From Negativicutes bacterium (lineage in GTDB: Bacteria; Bacillota; Negativicutes; UBA1444), in NCBI GenBank assembly GCA_963665275.2, contig CAXXIN010000016.1:96001-160000 (forward strand): a stretch of DNA of 64,000 nt, written 5' to 3'. The first letter of the stretch is position 1. The number at the start of each line of letters is the position of its first letter. The translations under genes and the position numbers were made by a program. Positions 9,205-19,446 of the stretch are shown here, piece after piece. The notes under the pieces are model-generated. The model was not told the DNA's origin and searched no databases. It saw nothing but the letters and a program-made list of their open reading frames with translations.

Positions 9205-12200
9205 ATGAAAAAAATGAAGACAATGGATGGAAACAACGCGGCCGCCCACATTGCGTATGCATTTACGGATGTTGCTGCGATATTTCCAATCACTCCGTCC
9301 TCGACCATGGCTGAGCATGTTGATGAGTGGAGCGCACAGGGCCAAAAGAATATTTTTGGCCAAACGGTGCGGGTTGCTGAAATGCAATCCGAGGGAGGCG
9401 CTGCTGGCGCCGTTCACGGATCGCTGCAATCCGGGGCATTGACTACGACCTTTACTGCGTCGCAGGGATTGTTGCTCATGATTCCCAATATGTACAAGAT
9501 CGCCGGCGAACTGTTGCCGGGCGTCTTCCATGTTAGCGCCCGTGCAGTAGCAGCTAACTCTCTGAACATTTTTGGTGACCACCAGGATGTCATGGCAACT
9601 CGGCAGACCGGGTTTGCGCTACTTGCTGAGAGCAGCGTCCAGCAGGTCATGGATCTCAGTGCGGTTGCCCACCTGGCAGCAATTAAAGGAAGGGTTCCTT
9701 TCATTAATTTCTTCGACGGTTTCCGCACCTCGCATGAAGCGCAAAAAATTGAAGTGATGGAATATGACGACTTGGCCAAGTTGGTCGATCAGGAGGCTCT
9801 GAATGCGTTCCGCCGCCGGGCTTTGAATCCAGATCATCCGGTTATACGCGGTACGGCTCAGAACCCTGATATCTACTTCCAGGAAAGAGAAGTATCGAAC
9901 ACCTATTATGAAGCGATTCCTGAAATCGTCGAAGGCTACATGGGTGAGATCAATAAGTTGACCGGTCGCGATTATCACCTGTTCAACTATTACGGCGCGC
10001 CGGATGCCGACAGAATTATCATCGCCATGGGTTCTGTCTGTGACGTTGTTGAAGAAACTGTCGATTACCTGAATGCGAAGGGTGAAAAAGTTGGCCTGTT
10101 GACGGTTCATCTCTACCGTCCCTTCTCGCTCGAACATTTCTTTCGCTATATTCCGAAGACCGTCAAGAAAATTGCCGTTCTCGACCGGACCAAAGAACCG
10201 GGTTCCATCGGTGAGCCGATGTATCTCGACGTCAAGAGCGCCTTCTACGGCAAAGAATGGCAGCCAGTTATCGTCGGCGGCCGTTATGGCCTCGGATCCA
10301 AAGATGTAATTCCTTCACATATTGTGCCGGTCTTTGACAACCTCAAGCTGCCTGTGCCGAAAGACCGCTTCACGGTCAGCATTGTCGACGACGTAACGTT
10401 TACCTCCCTGCCTGCGGGCATTGACATTGATACAACGCCTGCGGGAACAACCGCCTGTAAGTTCTGGGGCCTTGGCTCCGATGGCACGGTAGGCGCCAAC
10501 AAGGCGGCTGTCAAAATCATCGGCGACCATACTGACATGTATGCACAAGCCTATTTCGCCTACGATTCCAAGAAATCCGGCGGGATCACCGTATCGCACC
10601 TGCGCTTCGGCAAAAAGCCGATCAAATCCTCCTATCTTATCAACAAGGCGGATTTCGTTGCCTGCCACAACCAGTCCTATGTCAACAAATATGACGTACT
10701 TGCCGGACTGAAGCCTAAAGGAGTATTCCTGCTGAACTGCACCTGGACCCAGGCAGAGCTGGATGACAAGCTGCCAGGCTTCATGAAGCGGTATATCGCC
10801 AAAAACGACATTCAATTCTATACCATCGATGGCGCCGGTGTTGCTCAACAACTCGGACTCGGCGGGCGCATCAACATGGTCATGCAGTCGGCGTTCTTCA
10901 AGCTGGCAGCGATCCTGCCGATGGAAGAAGCCGTGAAGCATCTACAGAAAGCAGTTGTTGACGACTACGGCAACCAGGGTCAAAAAATCATCGACATGAA
11001 CTATGCGGCGATCCAAAAAGGAATGGAAGCTGCTGTGAAAGTTAGTGTGCCAGAGGCGTGGAAAACTGCCGCAGATAAAGCCAGCGACATTCAACACGTG
11101 GCGTGCGCCTGCTCCAGTGATGCGGTGGTCAATGAACTGCCGGCATTCGTCGAAGACCTGATGGTGCCGATGAATCGTCTGGAAGGCGATTCCTTGCCGG
11201 TTAGTGCATTCAAAGGCCGCGAAGACGGCACATTCCCGGTTGGAACTTCTGCGTATGAAAAACGAGGGATCGCCCTCAATGTGCCAGAATGGCAGATGGA
11301 ACACTGCATCCAATGCAACCAGTGCGCATTCGTCTGTCCGCATGCATCCATTCGGCCAGCTCTCGCTACGGAAGCTGAAGTGAAAGCAGCTCCGGAAGGC
11401 TTCACCGCCAAAGCTGCGGTTGGCGCCAAAGACCTGCAATTCCGTATTGCCGTTTCCCCGTTGGACTGCATCGGCTGCGGCAACTGCGCCCAGGTTTGCC
11501 CGGCCAAAGAAAAGGCACTGGTCATGAAACCCTTTGAATCTCAGCTTGGACAGGCCCCGTTGTGGGATTATGCCATGGCACTTTCGACCAAAGCCAATCC
11601 GATGAGCAAGGAAACTGTTAAGGGCAGTCAGTTCGAGACTCCGCTGCTTGAGTTCTCCGGCGCTTGCGGCGGCTGCGGCGAAACTCCTTATGCCAAACTT
11701 GTCACGCAGCTCTTCGGCGACCGTATGATGATTGCCAATGCCACCGGTTGCTCGTCCATCTGGGGCGCCAGCGCGCCGTCAATGCCATATACCAAAAACA
11801 CTCTTGGACAAGGACCTGCTTGGGCCAATTCCTTGTTCGAAGACAATGCCGAATACGGTTACGGCATGTTCCTCGGAGTCAAACAATCTCGCCAACGCCT
11901 TGCTATCGACATCGCTGCGGCTGCCAAACTGGCGGTTAGCACTGAGTTGAAAGCTGCGTTCGAAGAGTGGCTGGCAAATATCGACAACGGAGCCGGGACT
12001 CGCGAGCGGGCGGCTAAACTGATTGCGCTATTGGAAAAAGAAAAAGGCAGCGATGCGCTCCTTAACTCGATTTATGAAAACAAAGACTTCCTGGTCAAAC
12101 GATCGCACTGGATCTTTGGTGGCGACGGTTGGGCTTATGACATCGGATTCGGCGGCCTTGACCATGTTTTGGCCATGAACGAAAATGTCAATGTGTTGGT

Positions 12201-12774
12201 GTTCGATACTGAGGTATATTCCAACACCGGCGGACAATCCTCCAAATCGACGCCAACTGCTGCCATCGCCAAGTTTGCTGCGAGCGGCAAGCGGACCAAA
12301 AAGAAGGATCTTGGCATGATCGCCATGAGTTATGGCTATGTTTATGTAGCGCAGATCGCTATGGGCGCCGACAAGAACCAGACGCTCAAAGCGATTGCCG
12401 AAGCGGAAGCTTATCCTGGACCATCCCTGATTATTGCCTATGCACCGTGTATCAACCACGGCCTCAAAGCAGGCATGGGCGCGAGCCAGCTGGAAGCGAA
12501 AAAGGCTGTCGAAGCCGGTTATTGGGGAATGTATCGCTACAATCCCGCATTGCTTGAACAAGGCAAGAATCCGTTCAGCCTGGATTCCAAAGAACCGACA
12601 GCTGATTTCAAGGAATTCCTGATGGGTGAAGTTCGCTACTCCTCCCTGAAGAAACAGTTCCCTGAACAAGCGGAGGCTCTTTTCGCCAAGACCGCCAAAG
12701 ATGCGAAGGAACGCCTCGAGTCGTACAAACGGCTTGTGAAATCTTATGCAGAGGCTATTGAAACCAAAGCTTAA
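9205..12774 (+). CDS. nifJ: Pyruvate:ferredoxin (flavodoxin) oxidoreductase
   Basis: FPITPSS, EMQSEGGAAG, GLGSDGTVGANK, two 4Fe-4S motifs, GACGGCGET, GGDGWAYDIG TPP motif. Confidence 0.97.
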   Translation: MKKMKTMDGNNAAAHIAYAFTDVAAIFPITPSSTMAEHVDEWSAQGQKNIFGQTVRVAEMQSEGGAAGAVHGSLQSGALTTTFTASQGLLLMIPNMYKIAGELLPGVFHVSARAVAANSLNIFGDHQDVMATRQTGFALLAESSVQQVMDLSAVAHLAAIKGRVPFINFFDGFRTSHEAQKIEVMEYDDLAKLVDQEALNAFRRRALNPDHPVIRGTAQNPDIYFQEREVSNTYYEAIPEIVEGYMGEINKLTGRDYHLFNYYGAPDADRIIIAMGSVCDVVEETVDYLNAKGEKVGLLTVHLYRPFSLEHFFRYIPKTVKKIAVLDRTKEPGSIGEPMYLDVKSAFYGKEWQPVIVGGRYGLGSKDVIPSHIVPVFDNLKLPVPKDRFTVSIVDDVTFTSLPAGIDIDTTPAGTTACKFWGLGSDGTVGANKAAVKIIGDHTDMYAQAYFAYDSKKSGGITVSHLRFGKKPIKSSYLINKADFVACHNQSYVNKYDVLAGLKPKGVFLLNCTWTQAELDDKLPGFMKRYIAKNDIQFYTIDGAGVAQQLGLGGRINMVMQSAFFKLAAILPMEEAVKHLQKAVVDDYGNQGQKIIDMNYAAIQKGMEAAVKVSVPEAWKTAADKASDIQHVACACSSDAVVNELPAFVEDLMVPMNRLEGDSLPVSAFKGREDGTFPVGTSAYEKRGIALNVPEWQMEHCIQCNQCAFVCPHASIRPALATEAEVKAAPEGFTAKAAVGAKDLQFRIAVSPLDCIGCGNCAQVCPAKEKALVMKPFESQLGQAPLWDYAMALSTKANPMSKETVKGSQFETPLLEFSGACGGCGETPYAKLVTQLFGDRMMIANATGCSSIWGASAPSMPYTKNTLGQGPAWANSLFEDNAEYGYGMFLGVKQSRQRLAIDIAAAAKLAVSTELKAAFEEWLANIDNGAGTRERAAKLIALLEKEKGSDALLNSIYENKDFLVKRSHWIFGGDGWAYDIGFGGLDHVLAMNENVNVLVFDTEVYSNTGGQSSKSTPTAAIAKFAASGKRTKKKDLGMIAMSYGYVYVAQIAMGADKNQTLKAIAEAEAYPGPSLIIAYAPCINHGLKAGMGASQLEAKKAVEAGYWGMYRYNPALLEQGKNPFSLDSKEPTADFKEFLMGEVRYSSLKKQFPEQAEALFAKTAKDAKERLESYKRLVKSYAEAIETKA

Positions 12775-12775
12775 G

Positions 12776-13615
12776 ATGAAACTCTTATTTCAACAAAGTC
12801 TGCGATCCAGCACTCGGACCGTAGGCGATGGACGAATTGAGGCTGAAGCGGTGCTGCTATCTACGGATACCGAGATGGTCGCTCGCGTCACAGTCACTCA
12901 AGACACGTTTTTGATCGAAAATGCCGAAAGGGAGTCGCTGCGAAGCGGCTCCCTTTATGTGTCATCTATAGGAGCAGCAAATTTGATTGGAACGCCCGCT
13001 TATTTCGGCGTAGCTTCGTCGCTCGCCCGCGCTTTTCCTGACGCGAAAGACGCGTTGGAGCGAAGCCTGTTTTCCGAGTGCATCAAGGCGCTAATCCAGT
13101 CCGAATGTTATCTTTTCCGGCAGCGGGGCTTTGCTGATAAGCACGCTTACCAGAAGAACTGGGATATTTCCCATCCCAATTCATGCCGCTATTATTCACA
13201 TCTCGACATTGTATCGCGCCGATGGTTTGAGTACATAGGCGACGAACCGCGAAAACAGAGCCTGTTTAACAGACATAAGACTATCACAATCTGGCAGTCT
13301 GAGCGGGGAGCAATGGAAGGAAGAGGAACATTTTTGGATTCGTTTCATGAATTGGGCATTCAGGCGCAATGTGAAGCAGATGGCACGATAACCGGATTCA
13401 CTGGCAGCTTTTTACGCGCACCCGACTCAATCTGTTTTGGAACAGCTGAACTGGTGACAAGTCTCTCTGGTCGCAATCTCAACGAAATTACCCGCAAAGA
13501 AATGAACCGATGCGCTGGCGGGCCTGAAGGGTGCGCGCACCTGTTGGACCTGGGCCAAGACCTTTTGGCCATTCTGCAAAAAACAGCGAAACTGTTTGAC
13601 GCAACCAAGCTATAA
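12776..13615 (+). CDS. DUF2889-like protein
   Basis: C-terminal DSFHEL..RAP..C...GGPEGCAHL pattern; ATG one base after the nifJ stop. Confidence 0.6.
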   Translation: MKLLFQQSLRSSTRTVGDGRIEAEAVLLSTDTEMVARVTVTQDTFLIENAERESLRSGSLYVSSIGAANLIGTPAYFGVASSLARAFPDAKDALERSLFSECIKALIQSECYLFRQRGFADKHAYQKNWDISHPNSCRYYSHLDIVSRRWFEYIGDEPRKQSLFNRHKTITIWQSERGAMEGRGTFLDSFHELGIQAQCEADGTITGFTGSFLRAPDSICFGTAELVTSLSGRNLNEITRKEMNRCAGGPEGCAHLLDLGQDLLAILQKTAKLFDATKL

Positions 13616-13674
13616 AAGATATAATAAATGAGGGATTTTGTATACGCTATATAAAGATGGGGGGAAACGGAAGG

Positions 13675-14727
13675 ATGAGAAACCGAAGACTACACTGGTT
13701 GGTCCTGATTGTCGCAGTAGCTATGCTTACAGCGCTTGTAGCAGGCTGCGGCGGCGGGGAGAAAAAAGCGGCGGAACCCGCAAAATCTGACGCGCCCAAA
13801 ATTAGCGGAAAACTGATGATTTACACGTCCATCTACCCTGATATTATTGAAGGGGTAAAACCTGCCATTAAAAAAGCGTTTCCAGATCTTGACGTACAAT
13901 GGTTCCAAGCGGGAACTGAAAAAGTCATCACCAAATTGACGGGCGAAATCGAAGCAAAAAAAATCCAGGCTGATTTGCTTATGGTGGCAGACCCATCATA
14001 TTACCTGACATTGAAAGATAAAAACCTACTGATGAAATATGATGCTCCCAACCGCAAAGATGTCACTGCGGCTAAGGATGCTGATGGATATTGGACCGGC
14101 GTCCGTATCTCCAATATGATCATTGCGTATAATACCGCCAAAGTCAAACCGGAAGACGCGCCCAAAACTTTCAAGGAATTGACCGAACCAAAATGGCAGA
14201 ACAAAGTTGCGATTCCCAGTCCGCTCCTTTCAGGATCGGCTTATGTTGCAGTCGGCGTACTTGCGGATAAATACGGCTGGGATTATTTTGCTAAATTAAA
14301 AGCAAATGGAACGAAAGTTGAACCAGGCAACTCTGCGATTCAGAACAAGTTGGTAACCGGAGAATATCAGGTTGGTATGATTTTAGAAGAAAATATTCTC
14401 AAAATTATGGCCAAGGGTGAACCTATCAAGGTAGTTTATCCGGAAGATGGGACCATCGTGATTCCTAGTCCTATAGCCATTTTTACATCAACCCAGAATC
14501 CTGAAGCGGCCAAAGCGCTTGAGAACTGGTGGCTGTCCAAAGAAGGACAGGAAGCGATCGTTAAAGGCTGGATGCACTCGGTGCGCGGTGACGTGGCGCC
14601 TCCCAAAGGAGCTCCGGAGTTGAAATCCTTCCTGACCAAGGGGGATTTGAAACCCAGTTGGGATAAATTGGCCAAGGATATGGAAAAGATCAAAGGCGAA
14701 TACCAAAAGATCATGGACGCCAAATAG
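13675..14727 (+). CDS. ABC transporter substrate-binding lipoprotein (AfuA/FbpA family), orphan
   Basis: Lipobox VAGC; paralog of 22168 and 29061 proteins; followed by a terminator. Confidence 0.88.
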   Translation: MRNRRLHWLVLIVAVAMLTALVAGCGGGEKKAAEPAKSDAPKISGKLMIYTSIYPDIIEGVKPAIKKAFPDLDVQWFQAGTEKVITKLTGEIEAKKIQADLLMVADPSYYLTLKDKNLLMKYDAPNRKDVTAAKDADGYWTGVRISNMIIAYNTAKVKPEDAPKTFKELTEPKWQNKVAIPSPLLSGSAYVAVGVLADKYGWDYFAKLKANGTKVEPGNSAIQNKLVTGEYQVGMILEENILKIMAKGEPIKVVYPEDGTIVIPSPIAIFTSTQNPEAAKALENWWLSKEGQEAIVKGWMHSVRGDVAPPKGAPELKSFLTKGDLKPSWDKLAKDMEKIKGEYQKIMDAK

Positions 14728-14760
14728 TCTGATCCACCCAATTTGGTTCTTAATAAGCAT

Positions 14761-14797
14761 GCAAAAGGCTCGTGTCGTTATGACGCGAGCCTTTTGT
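14761..14797. terminator. Bidirectional rho-independent terminator
   Basis: GCAAAAGGCTCGTGTC-GTTAT-GACGCGAGCCTTTTGT. Confidence 0.8.
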
Positions 14798-14924
14798 GTA
14801 AAGCGGAAGCAGCATTGGGGCCGTTTCTCGGGCCCCTGATGGCAGGTTTATGTGGAACCGGGGTTCGATGTACTGGGGCGCTGCAGCGCCCCAGTAAGCA
14901 TCTGGTGGTTGCCAGACCGGACAG

Positions 14925-15797
14925 TCAATAGCTTAAATTATGGCGTTGAGATAAGATCATCCCGGCGAGCATGAGGGCGCAGCCGAGTAATTCGCGGGAA
15001 CCTAGCATTTCGCCCAGGATGAGGAAGCCGCCGATAGCGGCAAATACTGTTTCCAAGCTCAAGATAAGCGCAGCATGAGCTGGAGATGCATTTTTTTGGC
15101 CGATTATCTGCAGTGTATAAGCAATCCCGACAGAACCGAATCCGCCGTAAAGGATAGGAACTCCAGCCTGTAGTACGGCAGCAAGGCTGATCGATTCAGT
15201 GAATGCGGAAATTCCGAGGCTCAGTAGCGAGCAGGTTGCAAACTGGATGAAAGCAAGTTTCAAAGTATCAACCCGGAGGGAGACATGATCAATGAGCAGG
15301 ATGTGGGCGGTCCAGAATAAAGCGCCAATCAGTTCCAGCAAGTCGCCATAGGCAATGGAGAAGTCTTCTTTCAGACACAGAAGATAAAGCCCGGTGATGG
15401 AAAGCAGACAACCAGACCAAGTTGAGAAGGCAATCCGTCGTTTGAGAAACAGTCCAGCCAAAGGGACAAGCACTATATAAAGGCAAGTAATGAAAGCGGC
15501 TTTGCCGGCGGTCGTGTCCACTATGCCTACCTGTTGCAGTGATGCGGCCAAAAACAAAATCAGTCCGGCCAACAGGCCCATGCGAACGACGGAAAGGGGT
15601 TGGATAGGCGCGGAGTTCGTCTGAGGATATTGCTTGAAATACCACATCAATGGCAACAGAGAAATACCTCCCAAGGCGAAACGAATGCCGTTGAAGGTAA
15701 AAGGGCCAATATATTCCATTCCGATGCGTTGGGCGACAAAAGCGAAGCCCCAGATGGCGGCGGCTGTCAAAAGTATGATGTTTGCTCGAATTTGCAT
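14925..15797 (-). CDS. EamA/DMT family transporter
   Basis: IWGFAFVAQR, TTAGKAAFIT, IAYTLQIIGQK, LSLETVFA; about 10 TM segments. Confidence 0.92.
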   Translation of the reverse strand: MQIRANIILLTAAAIWGFAFVAQRIGMEYIGPFTFNGIRFALGGISLLPLMWYFKQYPQTNSAPIQPLSVVRMGLLAGLILFLAASLQQVGIVDTTAGKAAFITCLYIVLVPLAGLFLKRRIAFSTWSGCLLSITGLYLLCLKEDFSIAYGDLLELIGALFWTAHILLIDHVSLRVDTLKLAFIQFATCSLLSLGISAFTESISLAAVLQAGVPILYGGFGSVGIAYTLQIIGQKNASPAHAALILSLETVFAAIGGFLILGEMLGSRELLGCALMLAGMILSQRHNLSY

Positions 15798-15866
15798 GAT
15801 GCATCTATTGTACGTCCCTCAAAGGTTCGTTGGCAACCCCCAAAAACCTTATTTCCAGGATAAAAT

Positions 15867-15894
15867 GGAAAACCGCTGCTTTCAGCGGTTTTCC
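15867..15894. terminator. Terminator downstream of alkaline phosphatase
   Basis: GGAAAACCGCTG-CTTT-CAGCGGTTTTCC. Confidence 0.7.
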
Positions 15895-15920
15895 TCATAA
15901 ATCATGACATGTCGCTGTTG

Positions 15921-17573
15921 TTACCAACCATTGGATTTCAATAGGTCAACTGCTTTGCGTGGAACGTATACCTTGCCTGTTTTGGCAATCTGTACAATAA
16001 TTCCGGGGAGCCTGTAGGTTGTTTTACCCACGGTCATGAGATTGGTATCAATCGGCAGTGATGCGCGCAGGATTCCTTTTTCAACAATCAAGACAGGGTT
16101 GGCGAGGTCGCTGTCATCGAAGCGAGTCAGAGCGCCAACTTCTGCGAAACATTTAGCGGCGTCCACAAACAGTTGCCGATCGGTAGCAGCAAGGTCAAAA
16201 CCTAGACTATGTGCGGTGATCTTGGCAATATCCGTGTTCTGTATCAGCCCGGCCGGTTTATTCGGACCGTAAGCGTACAGAAAAAGGTCTTCACCGGTAT
16301 GACCGGTGTAAATCCAGCCGATGGCCGAGCGTTTGCTGAGCATGGGGCCAATGACGCTTGCAAAGGCTCTTTTTCGTGGACCTTTCTGAATCGCAGTGAT
16401 TTCATCGACTGTCAGATCGTCGATGCTGTAATTTTGGCTCATCTGAATCCGTATATTAAATTCGGACCTATTGTCCCCCAATATCTGATCCATGCCTTCA
16501 CCGGTATAGGTGGCTCTTTTCAGCGGAGCCAATACCGCTTCGAACGGCAGTTTATCGTATGTTTTATAGAAATCCTTATTGCCAATGGACATACCGCCAG
16601 TCCCATGATCAGCAAAGGCCATGACGAGGGTCTGGCCGTCTTTCTTGGCGAAGTCGAGAGCAACTTTAACTGCATCGTCATATGCGAGCAGATCGCTGAT
16701 GACTCCAACGGGATCATTTGCATGAGCAGCCCAGTCAACCTTACTCGCTTCGACAAACAAGAAAAATCCTTTTTCATTTTGAGACAGAGTATCGATCGCC
16801 TTTCTGGTCATTTCCGCCAGAGATGGCTCCGTCGGCGCCAGATCTTTACGGTCCATTTCGAACTGCATCGCATCAGCCGCGAATAGTCCCCATACTTTGG
16901 TTCCCTTGAATGCGAGCATCTCATCACGGGAACTCACAACAGAGTAGTCATGTGATTTAAGAACATCAATGAGATTAATGCCGTCGTCGCGGGTTCCGCC
17001 GAGCGCTTTCGGCAGCATATATTGCCGGCCGGCGCTAAGGACCACATCGATATCTTCATAAACCTGTTGCTTCGCAATCAAGGAATAACGATCGCGGTAA
17101 GGCGTATGAGAAGAAAATCCTCCAGGGCTGGCGTGCTGGATATTGGAAGTCGCCACTAACCCGACTGACTTACCCATCTGTTTGGCGCCTTCGAGAACTG
17201 TGGCCACTGGTTTGCATTGATCGTCCGAACTAACTGCAGGGACGCCGGGGGTTGTAGTCGTTTCCGGCAGGATGGCGAGAAACTTGCTATTGCTTTTGAA
17301 CCCGGTTGCAAACGCGGTTGCGGCAGGGGCGGAATCGGTGATAAGTGAATCCGCGCTGTAAGTGCGCAGGCCCCCGACCAGAATTTCATCGAGCGCAAGC
17401 GGAGCACCTTTGTACCAGCGACTCAGCGTGATATGAGTGGACGACGTGCCATCTGTCATTAATAAGATAACGTTTTTTGCAGGCGCAGCCCAAGCCGGCG
17501 CCTGCGTAGTTGTCAGAATAAGAAAAGCAATCAGGATAAATGCGGCGAAGAAGCGCTTAACGTGGTTATTCAT
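15921..17573 (-). CDS. phoA: Alkaline phosphatase (PhoA/PhoB family), exported
   Basis: KNVILLMTDG, TDSAPAATA catalytic Ser, GFFLFVEASKVDWAAHAND, ADHGTGG, GHTGED; signal peptide. Confidence 0.93.
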   Translation of the reverse strand: MNNHVKRFFAAFILIAFLILTTTQAPAWAAPAKNVILLMTDGTSSTHITLSRWYKGAPLALDEILVGGLRTYSADSLITDSAPAATAFATGFKSNSKFLAILPETTTTPGVPAVSSDDQCKPVATVLEGAKQMGKSVGLVATSNIQHASPGGFSSHTPYRDRYSLIAKQQVYEDIDVVLSAGRQYMLPKALGGTRDDGINLIDVLKSHDYSVVSSRDEMLAFKGTKVWGLFAADAMQFEMDRKDLAPTEPSLAEMTRKAIDTLSQNEKGFFLFVEASKVDWAAHANDPVGVISDLLAYDDAVKVALDFAKKDGQTLVMAFADHGTGGMSIGNKDFYKTYDKLPFEAVLAPLKRATYTGEGMDQILGDNRSEFNIRIQMSQNYSIDDLTVDEITAIQKGPRKRAFASVIGPMLSKRSAIGWIYTGHTGEDLFLYAYGPNKPAGLIQNTDIAKITAHSLGFDLAATDRQLFVDAAKCFAEVGALTRFDDSDLANPVLIVEKGILRASLPIDTNLMTVGKTTYRLPGIIVQIAKTGKVYVPRKAVDLLKSNGW

Positions 17574-17630
17574 TTCCTTATCTCCCATCGTAATTTGATT
17601 TTGGACGGGATGACCGCAGGTTGTCGACTT

Positions 17631-18308
17631 CTATTTTCCGAACCGGGCATCCCATTCCGCGAGCAGCGCCTCACCCGCACTGACGCCGATTCGGTTGGCT
17701 CCGGCTTCCAACATGGACAGGGCTTGATCCAGAGTTCGAATGCCACCGGAAGCTTTGACTCCCATGGTAGGACCGACTGTTTCGCGCATGAGCTTGATAT
17801 CAATCGGGTCAGCGCCCCTGGCAGCAAATCCGGTTGATGTTTTGACGAATTGGGCTCCGGCCTGTTGAACCAGCTGACAGGCGATAACAATTTCGTCTTT
17901 TGACAGTTCGCAGGTTTCCAGAATGACTTTGACGGGTGCTCCAGCGGCAGCGGTTACGACAGCTTCGATATCCTGCACGACAGCGGCGTGCTCGCCAGCC
18001 TTGAAAGCACCCAAGTCCATCACCATATCGAGTTCATCGGCGCCGATTGAACGTAGCCTGTCAGCGGAGAATGCTTTGACTTCGGTCAAGTCGGCTCCAT
18101 GGGGAAAACCAAGAACCGCACCGACGAGTACACCGGAGCCGGTCAGTTCGCTTACAGCCAATGCTGTGTGACGCGGCTGCACCATCAGAAGTTTGAACGC
18201 GTTTTCACTGGCGCTGCGGCATCCGGTGAGAATATCAGCCTCCGTCGCAGTCGGTTTTAGGATTGAAAAATCAAAGGTTTGAGCGAATTCAGCTCGTGTC
18301 ATCATCAT
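17631..18308 (-). CDS. deoC: Deoxyribose-phosphate aldolase
   Basis: GFPHG, ADELDMV, VKVILET, FVKTSTGF, VKASGGIR; SD AAAGGA before ATG 18308. Confidence 0.9.
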   Translation of the reverse strand: MMMTRAEFAQTFDFSILKPTATEADILTGCRSASENAFKLLMVQPRHTALAVSELTGSGVLVGAVLGFPHGADLTEVKAFSADRLRSIGADELDMVMDLGAFKAGEHAAVVQDIEAVVTAAAGAPVKVILETCELSKDEIVIACQLVQQAGAQFVKTSTGFAARGADPIDIKLMRETVGPTMGVKASGGIRTLDQALSMLEAGANRIGVSAGEALLAEWDARFGK

Positions 18309-18351
18309 TGTTCGTCCTTTCTTTTCTTTCAGATCATTGTCTGTGCAGGAA

Positions 18352-19434
18352 TCAAGTGGGCAACGCAACAGCATCTGCCGGGGAAATGATTAGTTTGACG
18401 TGGTCCCCTTCATTATATAAAATCATGCCGACCATATATGGTTCTTCTGCATGGATAACCGTTCCATCGGGCAACGCAGCTTCATACTCTATGCGGTCGC
18501 CTACGAAAGTTCGTAGACGTACCACGGCCGTCAGGCCGAGTGCGTCCAAGGTGCCCAAACGCAGACTTTCGGGGCGGACAATCAAAGAGACAGCGGTATC
18601 TGGTATGTAAGAGCGACCTTGTAGGGCCCGCACCTGGTAAGCTTGATCATAGCAGGCTACTTCGAGTTTGCCTGAGCTGGCGTTTCCGACCGTTCCACGC
18701 AGCACGTTGGCCTGGCCGATGAAGTCGGCCACAAACAGGGTTGTGGGGTTGGCATAAAGCTCAAAAGGAGTATCTACCTGCTCGATTCGGCCCTTGTGCA
18801 TGACGACGATACGGTCCGCCAACGTTAGCGCTTCTTTTTGATCATGGGTGACATAGAGGCAAGTCAGTCCCAGTTTTTTCTGGATGCGTCGGATTTCCGT
18901 CCGCATGTGGATGCGCAGTTTGGCATCCAGATTCGAAAGGGGCTCGTCCATGAGGAGGACCTGCGGTTCGAGCGCCAACACTCTGGCGAGAGCAACGCGC
19001 TGCTGTTCACCACCGGAAAGTTGGTTGGGGTAACGACCTTCAACCTTCGGCAGACCAACTAGCTCCAAGCTCTCTCTAACTTTGTTTTGCAGTCCTTCAC
19101 CAGACTGTTTGCGGGCCCGCAGACCATAGGCGACATTATCGAAAATCGTCATATGGGGAAATAAGGCGTAGTTTTGAAAGACAAAACCAATATCGCGTTT
19201 GTTGACCTGTATATTGGTTACATCACGCCCATCAAACAGGATGCGTCCTGATGAAGGAGTTTCGAACCCGGCGATCATGCGTAGTGTCGTGGTTTTGCCG
19301 CAGCCGGAAGGGCCGAGAAAGGTCACCAGTTCTCCTTGATTAATGGTGAGGTGGACATCATCCACCGCCCGGAATTCATTATTGTCCTTGGTGAACGTTT
19401 TAGTCAGGTGCTCAAGGGAAATACTTACTGCCAT
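18352..19434 (-). CDS. ABC transporter ATP-binding protein (PotA/FbpC family)
   Basis: GPSGCGKT, LSGGEQQR, DEPLSNLD, TOBE domain. Confidence 0.93.
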   Translation of the reverse strand: MAVSISLEHLTKTFTKDNNEFRAVDDVHLTINQGELVTFLGPSGCGKTTTLRMIAGFETPSSGRILFDGRDVTNIQVNKRDIGFVFQNYALFPHMTIFDNVAYGLRARKQSGEGLQNKVRESLELVGLPKVEGRYPNQLSGGEQQRVALARVLALEPQVLLMDEPLSNLDAKLRIHMRTEIRRIQKKLGLTCLYVTHDQKEALTLADRIVVMHKGRIEQVDTPFELYANPTTLFVADFIGQANVLRGTVGNASSGKLEVACYDQAYQVRALQGRSYIPDTAVSLIVRPESLRLGTLDALGLTAVVRLRTFVGDRIEYEAALPDGTVIHAEEPYMVGMILYNEGDHVKLIISPADAVALPT

Positions 19435-19446
19435 GAACAGTCCTCC

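Noticed and set aside
14803-14850. Partial likeness to SRP (GGAAGCAGC) and to the tRNA-Sec variable/T arm
   Set aside because: Lacks the SRP CAGG..GGAAGG helix and any anticodon arm; kept only as an unassigned structure
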